Below are positions 39,872 through 52,023 of a stretch of DNA of 64,000 nucleotides, in pieces. The notes under the pieces are model-generated. The model did not search any database, was not told the origin of the DNA, and saw only the letters and a program-made list of their open reading frames with translations. A program made the translations under genes and the position numbers. Origin of the DNA: Squalus acanthias (lineage: Eukaryota); NCBI GenBank assembly GCA_030390025.1, contig CM059433.1:9550001-9614000 (forward strand). The letters run 5' to 3'. The stretch's first letter is position 1. Each line of letters opens with the position of its first letter.

Positions 39872-42332
39872 ATGGGTGACTTTAATTTACATATAAATTG
39901 GGCTAACCAAATTAGTAAAAATACTGTGGAGGAGGAATTCCTAGAATGTTTACGGGATGGTTTTCTGGAACAATATGTCGAGGAATCAACCAGAGATCAG
40001 GCCATCTTAGACTGGGTATTATGTAACGAGAAAGGATTAATTAGCAATCTTGTTGTACGAGGCCCCTTGGGTCAGAGTGATCATAATATGATAGAATTCT
40101 TCATTAGGATGGAGAGTGAAGTAGTTGAATCAGAGACTATGGTCCTGAATTTAAATAAAGGAAATTACGATGGTATGAGGCGCGAATTGGGTAGGATTGA
40201 TTGGGGAATGTCACTCAAAGGGTTGACGATGGATAGGCAATGGCAAACATTCAAAGACTGCATGGATGAACTACAGAATTTGTTCATCCCAGTGTGGCAT
40301 AAGAATAAAACAAAAAGGGTGACTCAACCGTGGCTAACAAGGGAAATTAGGGATAGCATAAGATCCAAGGAGAAGGCATATAAATTGGACAGAAAAAGCG
40401 GTAACCCTGAGGATTGGGTACAGTTTAGGATTCAACAAAGGAGGACAAAGGGATTAATTAAGAAGGGGAAAATAGAATATGAAAGTAAGCTTGCAGGGAA
40501 CATAAAAACTGACTGTAAGAGCTTTTATAGATATGTGAAGAGAAAAAGATTAATGAAATCAAGCGTAGGTCCCTTGCAGTCAGAAGTGGGGGAAGTTATA
40601 ATGGGGAACAAAGAAATGGCAGACCAATTAAATGCATATTTTGGTTCTGTCTTCACAAAGGAGGACACAAATAACCTCCCAGAGATGCTGGAGAACATAC
40701 GGTCTGATGAAAGGGAGGAACTGAAAGAAATCAGTATTTGCAGGGAAATGGTGTTAGGGAAATTGACGGGATTGAAGGCTGATAAATCCCCAGGGTCTGA
40801 TAATCTACATCCTAGGGTACTTAAGGAAGTGGCCCTAGAAATAGTAGAGGCATTGCTGATCATCTTCCAACATTCGATGGAATCTGGAACTGTACCCATG
40901 GATTGGAGGGTAGCTAATGTTACCCTACAGACTGGTAAGCCTGACATCGGTAGTGGGGAAAATGCTAGAGTCCATTATAAAGGATGTAATAGCTGAGCAC
41001 TTGAAAAACAGTGACAGGATCGGACAAAGTCAACATGGATTTACAAAAGGTAAATCGTGCTTGACTAATCTACTGGAATTTTTTGAGGATGTATCTGGGA
41101 AAATAGATAAGGGAGAACCAATGGATATGGTGTATTTGGACTTTCAAAAGGCTTTCGATAAGGTCCCGCATAAGAGATTAGCGTGTAAAGTTAAGGCACA
41201 TGGGATTGGGGGCAAGGTATTGACTTGGATAGAGAACTGGTTGGCGGACAGAAAGCAAAGAGTTGGAATTAATGGGTCTTTTTCCGAGTGGCAAGCAGTG
41301 ACTAGCGGGGTACTGCAGGGATTGGTCCTTGGACCCCAGCTATTCACAATATACATTATTGATCTAGATAAGGGAACTGAATGTAATATCTCCAAGTTTG
41401 CAGATGACACAAAGCTGGGTGGGAGTGTGTGCTGCGAGGAGGATACTGAGAAACTCCAGGATGATTTGGACAGGTTGGGTGAGTGGGCAGAAGCGTGGCA
41501 GATGCAATATAACGTGGATAAATGCGAGGTTATCCACTTTGGTGTCAAAAACAGAAAGGCAGACTATTATCTGAATGGCAATAGATTGGGAGAAGGGGAA
41601 GTGCAACGAGACCTGGGTGTCCTTGTGCACCAGTCGCTGAAGGTAAGCATGCAGGTGCAGCAGGCGGTGAAGAAGGCAAATGGTATGTTGGCCTTCATAG
41701 CGAAAGGGTTTGAGTATAGGAACAGGGATGTCCTGCTGCAGTTGTACAGGGCCTTGGTGAGACCACACCTTGAGTATTGTGTGCAGTTTTGGTCGCCTTA
41801 TCTGAGGAAGGATGTTCTTGCCATGGAGGGAGTTCAGCGAAGATTCACAAGGCTGATACCTGGGATGGCAGGAATGACATATGAGGAGAGATTGGGTCGA
41901 TTGGGCTTATAATCGCTGGAGTATAGAAGAATGAGAGGGGATCTCATCGAAACATATAAAATTCTGACAGGTCTGGACAAACTAGATGCAGGAAGAATGT
42001 TCCCGATGGTCGGAGAGTCCAGAACCAGGGGTCATAATCTAATGATAAGGGGTAAGCCATTTCGGACAGAAATGAGGAAGAATTTCTTCACCCAGAGAGT
42101 GGTGAACCTGTGGAATTCTCTACCACAGAAGGTAGTTGAGGCCAAGTCATTAAATATATTCAAGAATGAGTTAGATATATTTCTTAAAGCTAAAGGTATC
42201 AAGGGATATGGGGAGAAGGCAGGTACAGGGTACTGAGTTTGGATGATCAGCCATGATCTCATTGAATGGCGGAGCAGGCTCGAGGGGCCGAATGGCCTAC
42301 TCCTGCTCCTATCTTCTATGTTTCTATGTTTC
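39872..42332 (+). mobile_element. CR1-clade LINE, 5'-truncated ORF2 with 3' UTR
   Basis: ORFs 39872-40996 and 40917-41912 ([22 protein letters not shown]). Deletion/frameshift near 40925, stop at 41910-12, tail ttctatgtttctatgt. Confidence 0.95.
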
Positions 42333-42429
42333 ACCGTATGCTGGCATAACCCTGGCAGCCTTTCTCAGTTTGACAGCTGACTTTAACCCACTACAATGAG
42401 TTGCAGAACGGAAAGTCATTTCTGGAGGC

Positions 42430-44135
42430 AAAGAAGAAACTAAATATATAAGAATATCCCAACACTGGACAAACAGGGGGCTATAGGGGGAGAGGAGCTA
42501 AACACGATCAAAATCACTAAGGAAGTGGTACTCGGTAAAATAATGGGACTCAAGGCGGATAAATCACCTGGACCTGATGGCTTACATCCTAGAGTCTTGA
42601 AGGAAGTGGCGGTAGGGATTGTAGATGCATTGGTAATAATTTTTCAAAACTCCCTGGATTCCGCTAAGGTCCCGGCAGACTGGAAAACTGCTAATGTAAC
42701 ACCCTTATTTAAAAAGGGCAGTAGACAGAAGGCTGGTAACTATAGACCGGTTAGCCTAACATCTGTGGTAGGTAAAATTTTGGAGTCCATTATTAAGGAA
42801 ACAGTAACAGGACATTTGGATAATCATAATTTAATAGGACAAAGTCAGCATGGTTTTACGAAGGGGAAGTCATGTTTGACAAATTTGCTGGAGTTCTTTG
42901 AGGAAGTAACATATAGAGTGGATAAAGGGGAACCAGTGGACGTAGTGTATTTAGACTTCCAAAAGGCATTTGACAAGGTGCCACACAAAAGATTATTGCT
43001 TAAGGTAAAAAATCACGGGATTGGGGGTAATATTCTGGCATGGATAGAGGATTGGCTATCTAACAGAAAGCAAAGAGTTGGGATAAATGGTTCATTCTCA
43101 GACTGGCAATCAGTAACTAGTGGTGTTCCACAGGGGTCAGTGCTGGGTCCCCAACTCTTCACAATCTATATTAACGATTTGGAGGAAGGGACCAAGTGTA
43201 ACATATCAAAATTTGCAGATGATACAAAGATGGGAGGGAAAGTAGTGAGTGAGGAGGACATAAAAAACCTGCAAGGGGACATAGACAGGCTAAGTAAGTG
43301 GGCAGAGATTTGGCAGATGGAATACAACACTGGAAAGTGTGAGGTGATGCACTTTGGCAGGAAAAATCCTAGAGCAATTTATTATCTTAATGGCAAGAAA
43401 CTGGAGAGTACTGAAGTGCAAAGGGATCTGGGGGTCCTGGTGCACGAAACTCAAAAGGTTAGTATGCAGGTGCAGCAAGTGATTAAGAAGGCAAATGGAA
43501 TGTTGGCTTTCATTGCTAGGGGGATAGAATATAAAAATAGGGAGGTATTGCTTCAGTTGTACAAGGTATTGGTGAGACCGCACCTGGAATACTGCATACA
43601 GTTTTGGTGTCCTTACTTAAGGAAAGACATCCTTGCTCTCGAGGCAGTGCAAAAAAGGTTCACTCGGTTAATCCCGGGGATGAGGGGGTGGTCATATGAG
43701 GAGAGGTTGGGTAGATTGGGACTCTACTCATTGGAGTTCAGAAGAATGAGAGGCGATCTTATTGAAACATATAAGATTGTGAAGGGGTTGGATCGGGTGG
43801 ATGCGGGGAGGATGTTCCCGATGACGGGTGAGACGAGAACTAGGGGACATAGTCTTAGAATAAGGGGCTGCTCTTTCAAAACTGAGATGAGGAGGAACTA
43901 CTTCACTCAGAGGGTGGTAGGTCCATGGAATATGCTGCCACAAAAAGCTGTAGAAGCTACAACATTAATTAAATTTAAAACAGAAATAGACAGTTTCCTA
44001 GAAGTAAAGGGCATTAAGGGTTACGGGGAGCGGGCAGGAATTTGGACATGAGTCTAGGTTCGGATCGGTCATGGCCCTGTGGGTAGTGGAGCGGGCCCAG
44101 GGACTGTGTAGCCTGATTCTGCTCCTATTTCGTGT
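42430..44135 (+). mobile_element. CR1-clade LINE with an intact 508-aa RT/C-terminal ORF
   Basis: ORF 42525-44051 with [25 protein letters not shown] and FADD, followed by the 3' UTR. Confidence 0.95.
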
Positions 44136-44598
44136 GTGCAATTCTGTTAGATGCAGGAGATGGTTCTGTGATAGATAGTAGATTGGCGGTTAGGATCAGA
44201 TCAGCCATGATCTTATTGAATGGCGGAGCAGGCTCGAGGGGCCGATTGGCCTACTCCTGCTCCTATTTCTTATGTTCTTATGTTCTTAAACATGTGGGGA
44301 GTGAAATTCTTCCAGCCAATGAAAAGAAAAAGACAAAGTTTTTTTTGCTAAAATCAAATTGACGGAAGGAATTTCACCCACATGGTTACTTGCCAGACTC
44401 ATTACTGGGAAGCCTTATTTCATTAAATTTAAGCCTCTAACCTTGAATATTCTTTTAAGTGTTTCTGGGATTTTTCTGACCTCACACCAAAGTTAAGACA
44501 GTGAATTGGAAGAACCCCCACAGAAATTCTACTCCAAAGGCTTTAAGAAAAGCTACTTGCCAGAAAATTATCAAAACTTTAACAAGCACAGTTCATAC

Positions 44599-44979
44599 CA
44601 GTAGGTGGCAACGATGAAGGATTCCCAGTGATGCCAGTGTTGGCCACGCCAGTGTTAAATGGGCTACTCGTCAAAGCTGAGCCTCTCCGTCCAAAGACAG
44701 AAGGGAAGCTGCCAGAGGATCCAAACATCCCAGAACGAATGTCGCTGTTGCTTGTTTCGGTAGAGCGCCCAAAGAGAAAAGGCGGCATCTGAAATGGTGC
44801 TCTGGAGACTGCTGCTGTGGCCATGCCTGACCTGGTTGATGCGGGGACATTAAACCTAGATAGTACAGGTACTGCAGTGCTGCTTGTCGTGTAGATAGGA
44901 GGCGGGCCAAAAACACACGGGAAAGATATTGAGGCTGATGAATCTTGGATTCTGAAGGTTTTTTTTGCTGCAGGCTCAC
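44599..44979 (-). CDS. NUP153-like gene, S/T/P-rich exon with FG motifs
   Basis: cag|GT...G|gtatga, 381 nt, open, phase 1-1. Contains CVFG, FLFG, GMFG and SVFG. Confidence 0.8.
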
Positions 44980-46429
44980 CTGCACATAGATGGGGAAATT
45001 CTTTATTATTTCAATAAACTTCTAAATTACTCACGGACAGAAAATAATTATTATCAGAGCCGAGTTACATAACAGCTTTGCATGGTTTGACAAGAGTTAC
45101 AAAATAGGAGAAGGTGAAGTTACGAATTTAGATTCTAATTGAAAGATCCGCTTCAAAGGTTACCTCAGTTCCCATCTGATGAGTGACATCATACACTACT
45201 AATTTTCTCCTTTTGTAGCTTGCATGCAACAATTAGAGTTTGTTTTAAACTGAGATTTTGATTTGATTCTCATCTGTGCCGCAAGAGTTACATCCTTGTT
45301 TTGAAGGATGCCCATTCCTTTTGTGATCTGCTGAGCCACCACCAAGTTAGATACACAACAGATTTCACCTTTGAAAGAGCAGCAAAGTCTTCAACACTTC
45401 AATTAATGGATGAAAATTCTTGGCATGTGTTTTCGGTGCTCTAAAGATGAAACTTTACCTGTTTTTTAACCTGCAAGATGTACACACATCTCCAATCTGT
45501 TGTTGTTTGATGTGCCGCATGTAAGAAACTTTAATTTACGTTTCCATTCTTATTTCTGCCAATTTTCGTCTCTCCTCCTCTCCTGACAGCACTGACTCCT
45601 CGTTACGTTATAGTTCCACGAATGCCCTCCAACACCTCACTCAATGGACTATTGTTCAGTTGTGAGGCCAGGCATTGAGTACCAGCAGGGGTTTATTGAC
45701 TCGGGAGGACAGTGAATGGGGGTAAGCCCAGGGCAGGGAAGGCCCAAGGTTTCCCTGTGGAGCCCGGATTAATATATTGCAAGGTGAGTGCCACAAACCC
45801 CCCTGGAACTGCTGGGGAGGTGATGTATCAGCACGGTGAGGGAGTCTGTAGACGGACGAGCACTCCTGCTCCACAAGGAAAGCACAACTGAATATAACAA
45901 AAGGAAACTTACTTCCTGGGCCTCTTCTCACCCCAAACCCTCTTTGGTGCCGGGTTTATTTGGAGGCTTTGGCAATAGTTGAGACGCTCGTCACTGCGAG
46001 TTAAAATCCTGTCAGTGTCCAATTTGCATCGAAGGACCCCAACCGTTACATTTTTATGAGACCCTTGCCTGCCTGTCGCAAGCAACCCCAGCGTCTCCTG
46101 AACTCAGGAGTTAAATTGGTGGTGGGAAGGGCGGGGACGGAGTGCGGGGTAAACAGAGAGGCAAGTACTCTGCCCCCATTTAAACTCCCGCGTGCCCTGT
46201 TTTTTGTTGTTGGGTATGGTGGGGGGTGGGGGGGGCAGAGGGGTGTTAAAATTGGGAGTTCAGAGTAGCAAATGTTGAGAGCACTGTTGTTCAGCGTTTA
46301 TAACATACAAGCCAAAAACAAAACTGCAATATTTAAACAACTTGCTCAGCACCAAGATGGCAGCTGGTAGAATTCGCTGAAACTGGTCAACAAAGCCGTT
46401 TTTTATGGCTTAAACAAGTAAGAGACACA

Positions 46430-47322
46430 GGGGGAAAAATTCAGTACCGCCCCGTTTGGGGCACAATTATCGGCCGGGCGAAAAGATTAGCGCCTGGCGC
46501 TAATTATAGCCTCTGACTGCAAACTTGACTTTTATCGCCCCTGGAGGTGATTGGAGCGCTAAATCAGGCGCTTCACAACTGTCTTAAGGCACAAAGGCCG
46601 AGGAGCGAGGCGCTACCTCAGAGCGCTGGCGAAGCTCATGTGATGTCAGTCAGCAATGGAACACAGACACAATGGTGCCGGCCAGTTCTTAAAGGGGAGG
46701 GTCGATCTTGCTTTCCATCCACATCCTGCTCATTGCAGCCTTGAATCTCGGCCTGGAGAGACCTGTACATCAAATCTGCTGGAAAGAACAATGGAGAGAC
46801 CCAGGGAAAGAGCTCAGAGTGCAACCCCCACAGTCTGTTCTAAATCGATACAAGGAAGAGCAAATCAAAATGAACCTGAAAAGTGCTGCTCAGTACCCAA
46901 AACTTCTTAACACAGCGTTGAATCTCTCCAGAAGTCTCTCTCACTCTCTCTCAGAATGCGTGGTTCAAAAATGTCACCAACAAAAAAAGGCAGGAAGCGG
47001 TCGCCTTTAAATAGCGCTCCCCCAGTCCCTTCCTGACTGCAAAACGCTCCCCTCAACCTGTCATTGCTAGCGGCAGGCGGTAAGGCAGGGGGCGCCACTC
47101 AATATCCGCTCCGGGGCGCTACCGGGGCGTTGCGCACTCGACTGACGTCACGATCGGCCGGCGCAGGAGATCGTGGCGGTAGTGTTTAGCGCCGCCGCAA
47201 AATGTCTAGTTAATTTCGCGAGCAGCGCAAACATCGCCGCGCCCGGGCGCTAGTTGCTTTGCGCCCCATTAGCGCCCTCTTAAGGCGCTAACGGGAGGCG
47301 CAACCAACTGAATTTTTCCCCC
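46430..47322. mobile_element. Harbinger-type MITE family B
   Basis: Perfect 16-bp TIR GGGGGAAAAATTCAGT, TSD ACA, and GGCGCT-rich subterminal repeats. Confidence 0.85.
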
Positions 47323-47605
47323 ACAAGTTTTACATGAAGACTGTACAATTTCAAATCTGAAATGAAAATTAGTGAAAAGTCCCAGTGGACATGCAGTTGG
47401 TTTCTATCTTGTAAAGTAGGGAGGCAGGCCACCTCTGACTGTTACCATAGCTCCTCCTCTTTCACTCTTTCTCCAGTAGGCCAACAGTAGTCCTTTAAGG
47501 GGAACTGCTGAATTGCTGTTTAATAGAGAACTCTTACAAGAACTAAGAAAATTAGTTATTAATCATCACTATCAATTGAAAATAGAGCTGAGCAATTTCA
47601 CACAC

Positions 47606-48012
47606 CTGGAATGAGGGAATCTCTATCCTCTCTGACACTTTTCCTTCGTTCCCCCCTTCCTGAGGGGACATCCTGTTGTGTTGGCTTTGCAGGAGATGAT
47701 GTAGCGCCAGCCAATTGTTCATCAGGCCCAGTTCCGGCGGACACAGATGACAACCAGGCAGTAGGGTTTATTTCAGCAGGTGAGAGATTGGTCGCACACT
47801 CTGTGCCAGTTGGAAGAAGTTCCATTGTCGTTCTGTCTTCTGTACTAATGCTTGAAGCGCCGGCTGAAGAGTCCATTTGTGGGACAGAGCAGATGACATC
47901 AGTCATGTGTGAAGCGGAGGAGGTCGCAAGGACGTAGACATTTCTGATATACTGATAATCTGAGGGGTTACTTCTGTACCGTTATCCACCTCGCACATGT
48001 CAATGCTCATTT
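47606..48012 (-). CDS. NUP153-like gene, S/T-rich exon with an apparent frameshift (or a shorter form starting at 47959)
   Basis: Strong acceptor at 48012 and donor CAG|gtgtgt at 47606 give 407 nt between phase-1 neighbours. The entry frame hits TGA at 47905. A weaker acceptor at 47959 gives an in-frame 354-nt exon. Confidence 0.6.
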
Positions 48013-49182
48013 CTGTAAATAAGAATTCAAGGATTCAGTAGGTTTTCTCAGAAAGGTGATCATGATTTCCACATACTCAACCACCACTGTAAGGCTATCA
48101 CTATTTTAGCATTTCATCTATGTTCAGATTTACAATTCCTTACACAGAAGACTGATTTTCAATAAGATTTGTCCTGATTTAAGAGCTGGGTTCCATTATC
48201 CCTCCCCATTCGCTCCCCTGAGTTCATCTCTGTGACTCTGCGCTCCCTTCGTTTGCTCCAATATTCTACTACAGTGACTCCCTCCTCCCTCCCTTGCTGA
48301 AATGTTCTGATCAAGTGGCTGTCCTCCAGTCCCTTCCAGAGATTTGCTCTTTCCGTGACTCTCCCTTGACAGAGATTGTCCCCGACTGCTGCAGTTCCAT
48401 CTTTCCCTGCTTCAGTAGCGATACACTGATTTCAATGACTCCACTGTCACTTGCCTTTTCAATTACTCCATCTGATACCCACAATTCTTCCCCCTTTCAG
48501 TCAGAGAGTTGCTTTACCCAGGGGAAACAATTAGTAAAATTCATTTAATCAATACTACACTTTCTCCATGAACTGCGCCTCAGGCAGAAATGAATTTAAA
48601 CATACATCCCTTCCCATGCCCCAAAGCACTGTTCTCCCATTTTATTCAATGGTGAAGCACTTTTTGGCACAGCAGAATAAATACTATGTAGCTCATTTAA
48701 ATTTATTTCAGGCATATTTTGCATCGTTGCATGGAATATTGACTGTATGGGAGGCAATGCCTTTGGATGGTACGATAAAATTTAGAGATAATTTTGTTTC
48801 CAAGATAAAGGGAGATTTACACAAGTCTTTATTTTAACGATACGCACTAATACTCACTCCTCGGTCAAACACTGCACATTGTAAAAGTTACAACAGACAC
48901 TCCACCTTTCAAAAGTGTATCTCTAACAGCACTCGAATGCTGTGTCAAGTGAGGATCCACCTTACACCAAGTTACACCGTGGAAGAATTGTGCATTAAAA
49001 GTGTAGATCCACAGACTTTGTGTAAGATCACATTGCAAAGTGTGACAAAGATGCATCTGTGTGGCTCCAAGTGATGTTTGAATTAATTCTGAAAAATTAA
49101 CTATTCTGATTTTAGTTGAAGTGCCTGAACTTTGCCATTAATATACACAATCGATGACACAATGTTAACTTTGACACTTTAA

Positions 49183-50005
49183 GGGCTGGATTTTGATACT
49201 GGGGACATGATGGAGGCGGGACTCCCACTTTTTGGGTTGTAGTCCCGCCTCCATCGACTTGTGGCCAACCCACTGCATTTCCCTTGATTGACCTTGTTGA
49301 GCCCGCCCAGCGAGCTCAGCAGGCCAATTAAGGGCCACCCGGCAACAGCTGATGTCACAGATTAACATTTCATCTGTCAAGAGCTTTTGACAGATGAAAT
49401 ATCAGCGTTTGACAGCTCTGTGAAGCTGTCAAACACTGACAATTTGTCTTCTAACTTGAGTCCTTCCTCTCAGGCTGAGTTAGAAATCATTCCAGCACAG
49501 AAAACAGAGGCTGAAACTTTTGACAGCACCACGGCCTTTCTGCTTTCTGTGCCGGTGAGATTTCTGACTCCCGAGAACTGAAGGGCTGACACCTGCAGGA
49601 GGAAGTTAAGGTAAGTAAAACTTTTTCCCACACTTTGCACTTACCTTACACACTTACCTCTGCACACATGCACCCATCACTCACCTGCCCACCGGACATA
49701 TCGACCCCTCCAACCCCTGCAGACCCACGGTCCGCCTCGCTAACTTGGCGTGGTTGGGACCTGTCGGGAAGCCCACATTTCAGCTTTTAAAATAGGGATT
49801 AGGCAAAAAACTGCCTGTTAACTACCTGTTAACAGGCAGTTAATTGTCACTAATCCCCTTCCCAGCACAGGTCGTGTACCTGCCGCCAGCGAAACTGGCA
49901 TGGAGGCGGGTTGGGGGCGGGATGGGTTCGGGACCCCCGAATCTGCAACTTTAACCCCCCACACACCTCCAAACCCACCTCCACGGGTCAATGAAAATCC
50001 AGCCC
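49183..50005. mobile_element. Harbinger-type MITE family A (different interior)
   Basis: Same 12-bp TIR and subterminal sequence. TSD ambiguous (TTA if the termini extend by 1 bp). Confidence 0.75.
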
Positions 50006-51603
50006 TTTATTTGGAGGACACACCAAGTAAATATCTATCTCCTCCAAGTAGACAATTCCAACACATCAAGCCATTTCCCATTTATTCTTATTGTTTGGTG
50101 CTCCTAATCTAACCACAGCACTTAAATACTAAAACAATAGCAAAATACTGCGGATGCTGGAAATCTGAAATAACAACAGAAAATGCTGGAAACACTCAGC
50201 AGGTCAGGCAGCATCTGTAGAGAGAGAAACAGAGTCAACGTTTCGAGTCGGGAATCCTTCGTCAGAACGTGAACTCTGTTTCTCTTTCCTCGATGCTGCC
50301 TGACCTGCTGAGTGTTTCCAGCGTTTTCCGTTGTTACTTAAATACTAAATATTGATCCAAACATAAAATGCACCATCTATTTGTAATGATCAGCACAATA
50401 AATACAATCAAACCACTCTTAAACTTCAATTTGCCCTCTACATAAAGTAGTTAAATCTAAACTCTCCATGCACCTTCCCTCTTCTAAGTTTGAGCCCATG
50501 CTCAATTCTGTGGAAACCTCAGACATGTTACTGGAGTTCTATTTATCCATGTCCTTAAGGATCTTGAGGCATCACTTCTGTAGAAAAAACAAATCCCAGA
50601 CTCTTTGACTGCTTCTCACAGCTCACATGCCTTAAGCCGGGGATCAGTTTGATTGCCCTTATCTGTGCTGCCTCCAAAGCCTGGGTACCCTTGCTGTAAT
50701 AGTGACCGGAATTGTACACAGTACTCCAGGTCGGACCACACCAAGTGCTTGCAGGAGTCATCATCACCTCCTGGGATTTGTGCTCTGTCTATGACTAAAC
50801 ATCCCAGGATCCAGTGAGCTTTCCTTATTACTGCTGCTGCACCCTGTGCTGTTGGTTTCAGTCAGGTCTCCATCAATATGCTCCGTCAAATCTCTCTCCT
50901 GTGTTTTGTCCTGTAGCCCAGAGCCATTTCGTTTATATTCCCACTGTTACTTTCCTTCACTAGTTTCAAAACACAATATATACCTTCCCCCCCACCCCAC
51001 CCAAAGTCAGTACACTAAATGCCATGTGCCTCTCATCACGCCATCTTCCCAACCTGTTGTACTTGGTTTGTCTCTTCTCTAATGATTTGAACCCCCTCCT
51101 AAATTGGGTGCCACCTGCAAACTTAGACAGCTGTATTTCTATTCCGAGCTCCAAATCTTCGATATACATTGTAAACAGCAAAGGCCCAGAAATGAGCCTC
51201 CTTTGGCAGCTCTCTAGTGACTCCTTGCCCTGCTGATGCAGTTCTACTCACAACCACACCCTTTGCTTTAATAACAACAGAAAATGCTGGAAACACTCAG
51301 CAGGTCAGGCAGCATCGAGGAGAGAGAAACAGAGTCAACGTTTCGAGTCGGGGACCCTTCGTCAGAACTGGAAAAGGTTAGGGAGGAGAGACTTTTAAGC
51401 AGGGGCAGGGAGGAGGGGAGGAAAGAACAAAGGGAAGGTCTGTGATAGGCTGGAAGGCAGGTGGTTGAACCAACTTTCAAATTCACCTCAAAAGCTTCCT
51501 AAGGCTGTTTAATTAGCAATGTTAAAGTAGAAGGTCATGCCTATTAACTCCACCACCTTGAGAAAGCTATTTGTATCAAGAAATTCTTGGTATCAGTGTT
51601 TAC

Positions 51604-52023
51604 CGTTTGATTGGATCCCTTTACAGCTTGTGCCTATGCTCACATCGGCTGCTGGGATCCACTGTCTTTGCAGTCCGACTCCATATTTCAGTGTTTCGCA
51701 GCCCCTGCATCTCACCGCCGGAGCTTTATTTGATATCAAACATGTATCGCAAGTCCATATCTCGGATGAATTTGGAGGGTTTTTCTCATCACAGTTGTTG
51801 GATCCTCTGGTTAAACTGGTCTCGGGCATGCTGACTAGCCTCTTACTGAAGTGAGAATAAAACCGCGTCCTTGGGTTCACTCTTGAGTTGGTCTTCATCC
51901 GTGTCGCAAAGTGCTTATGTTTTCTGTTGCTCGGGATCACTCTAAATGGGGAGGTGGTATATTTGTTCTTTTGGTTCGCACGGTCGTTGTTGGAATTCTG
52001 GCAACTTTGTGATGACTTGGGTG
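51604..52023 (-). CDS. NUP153-like gene, exon with a RanBP2-type zinc finger
   Basis: Poly-T ag|CA...G|gtaaac, 420 nt, open, phase 1-1. WTCDTCLISNKAPAVRCRGCETLK fits W-x-C-x2-C-x3-N-x6-C-x2-C. Confidence 0.85.

Noticed and set aside
49387..49620. ORF and splice-like sites
   Set aside because: They lie inside MITE 49183-50005.
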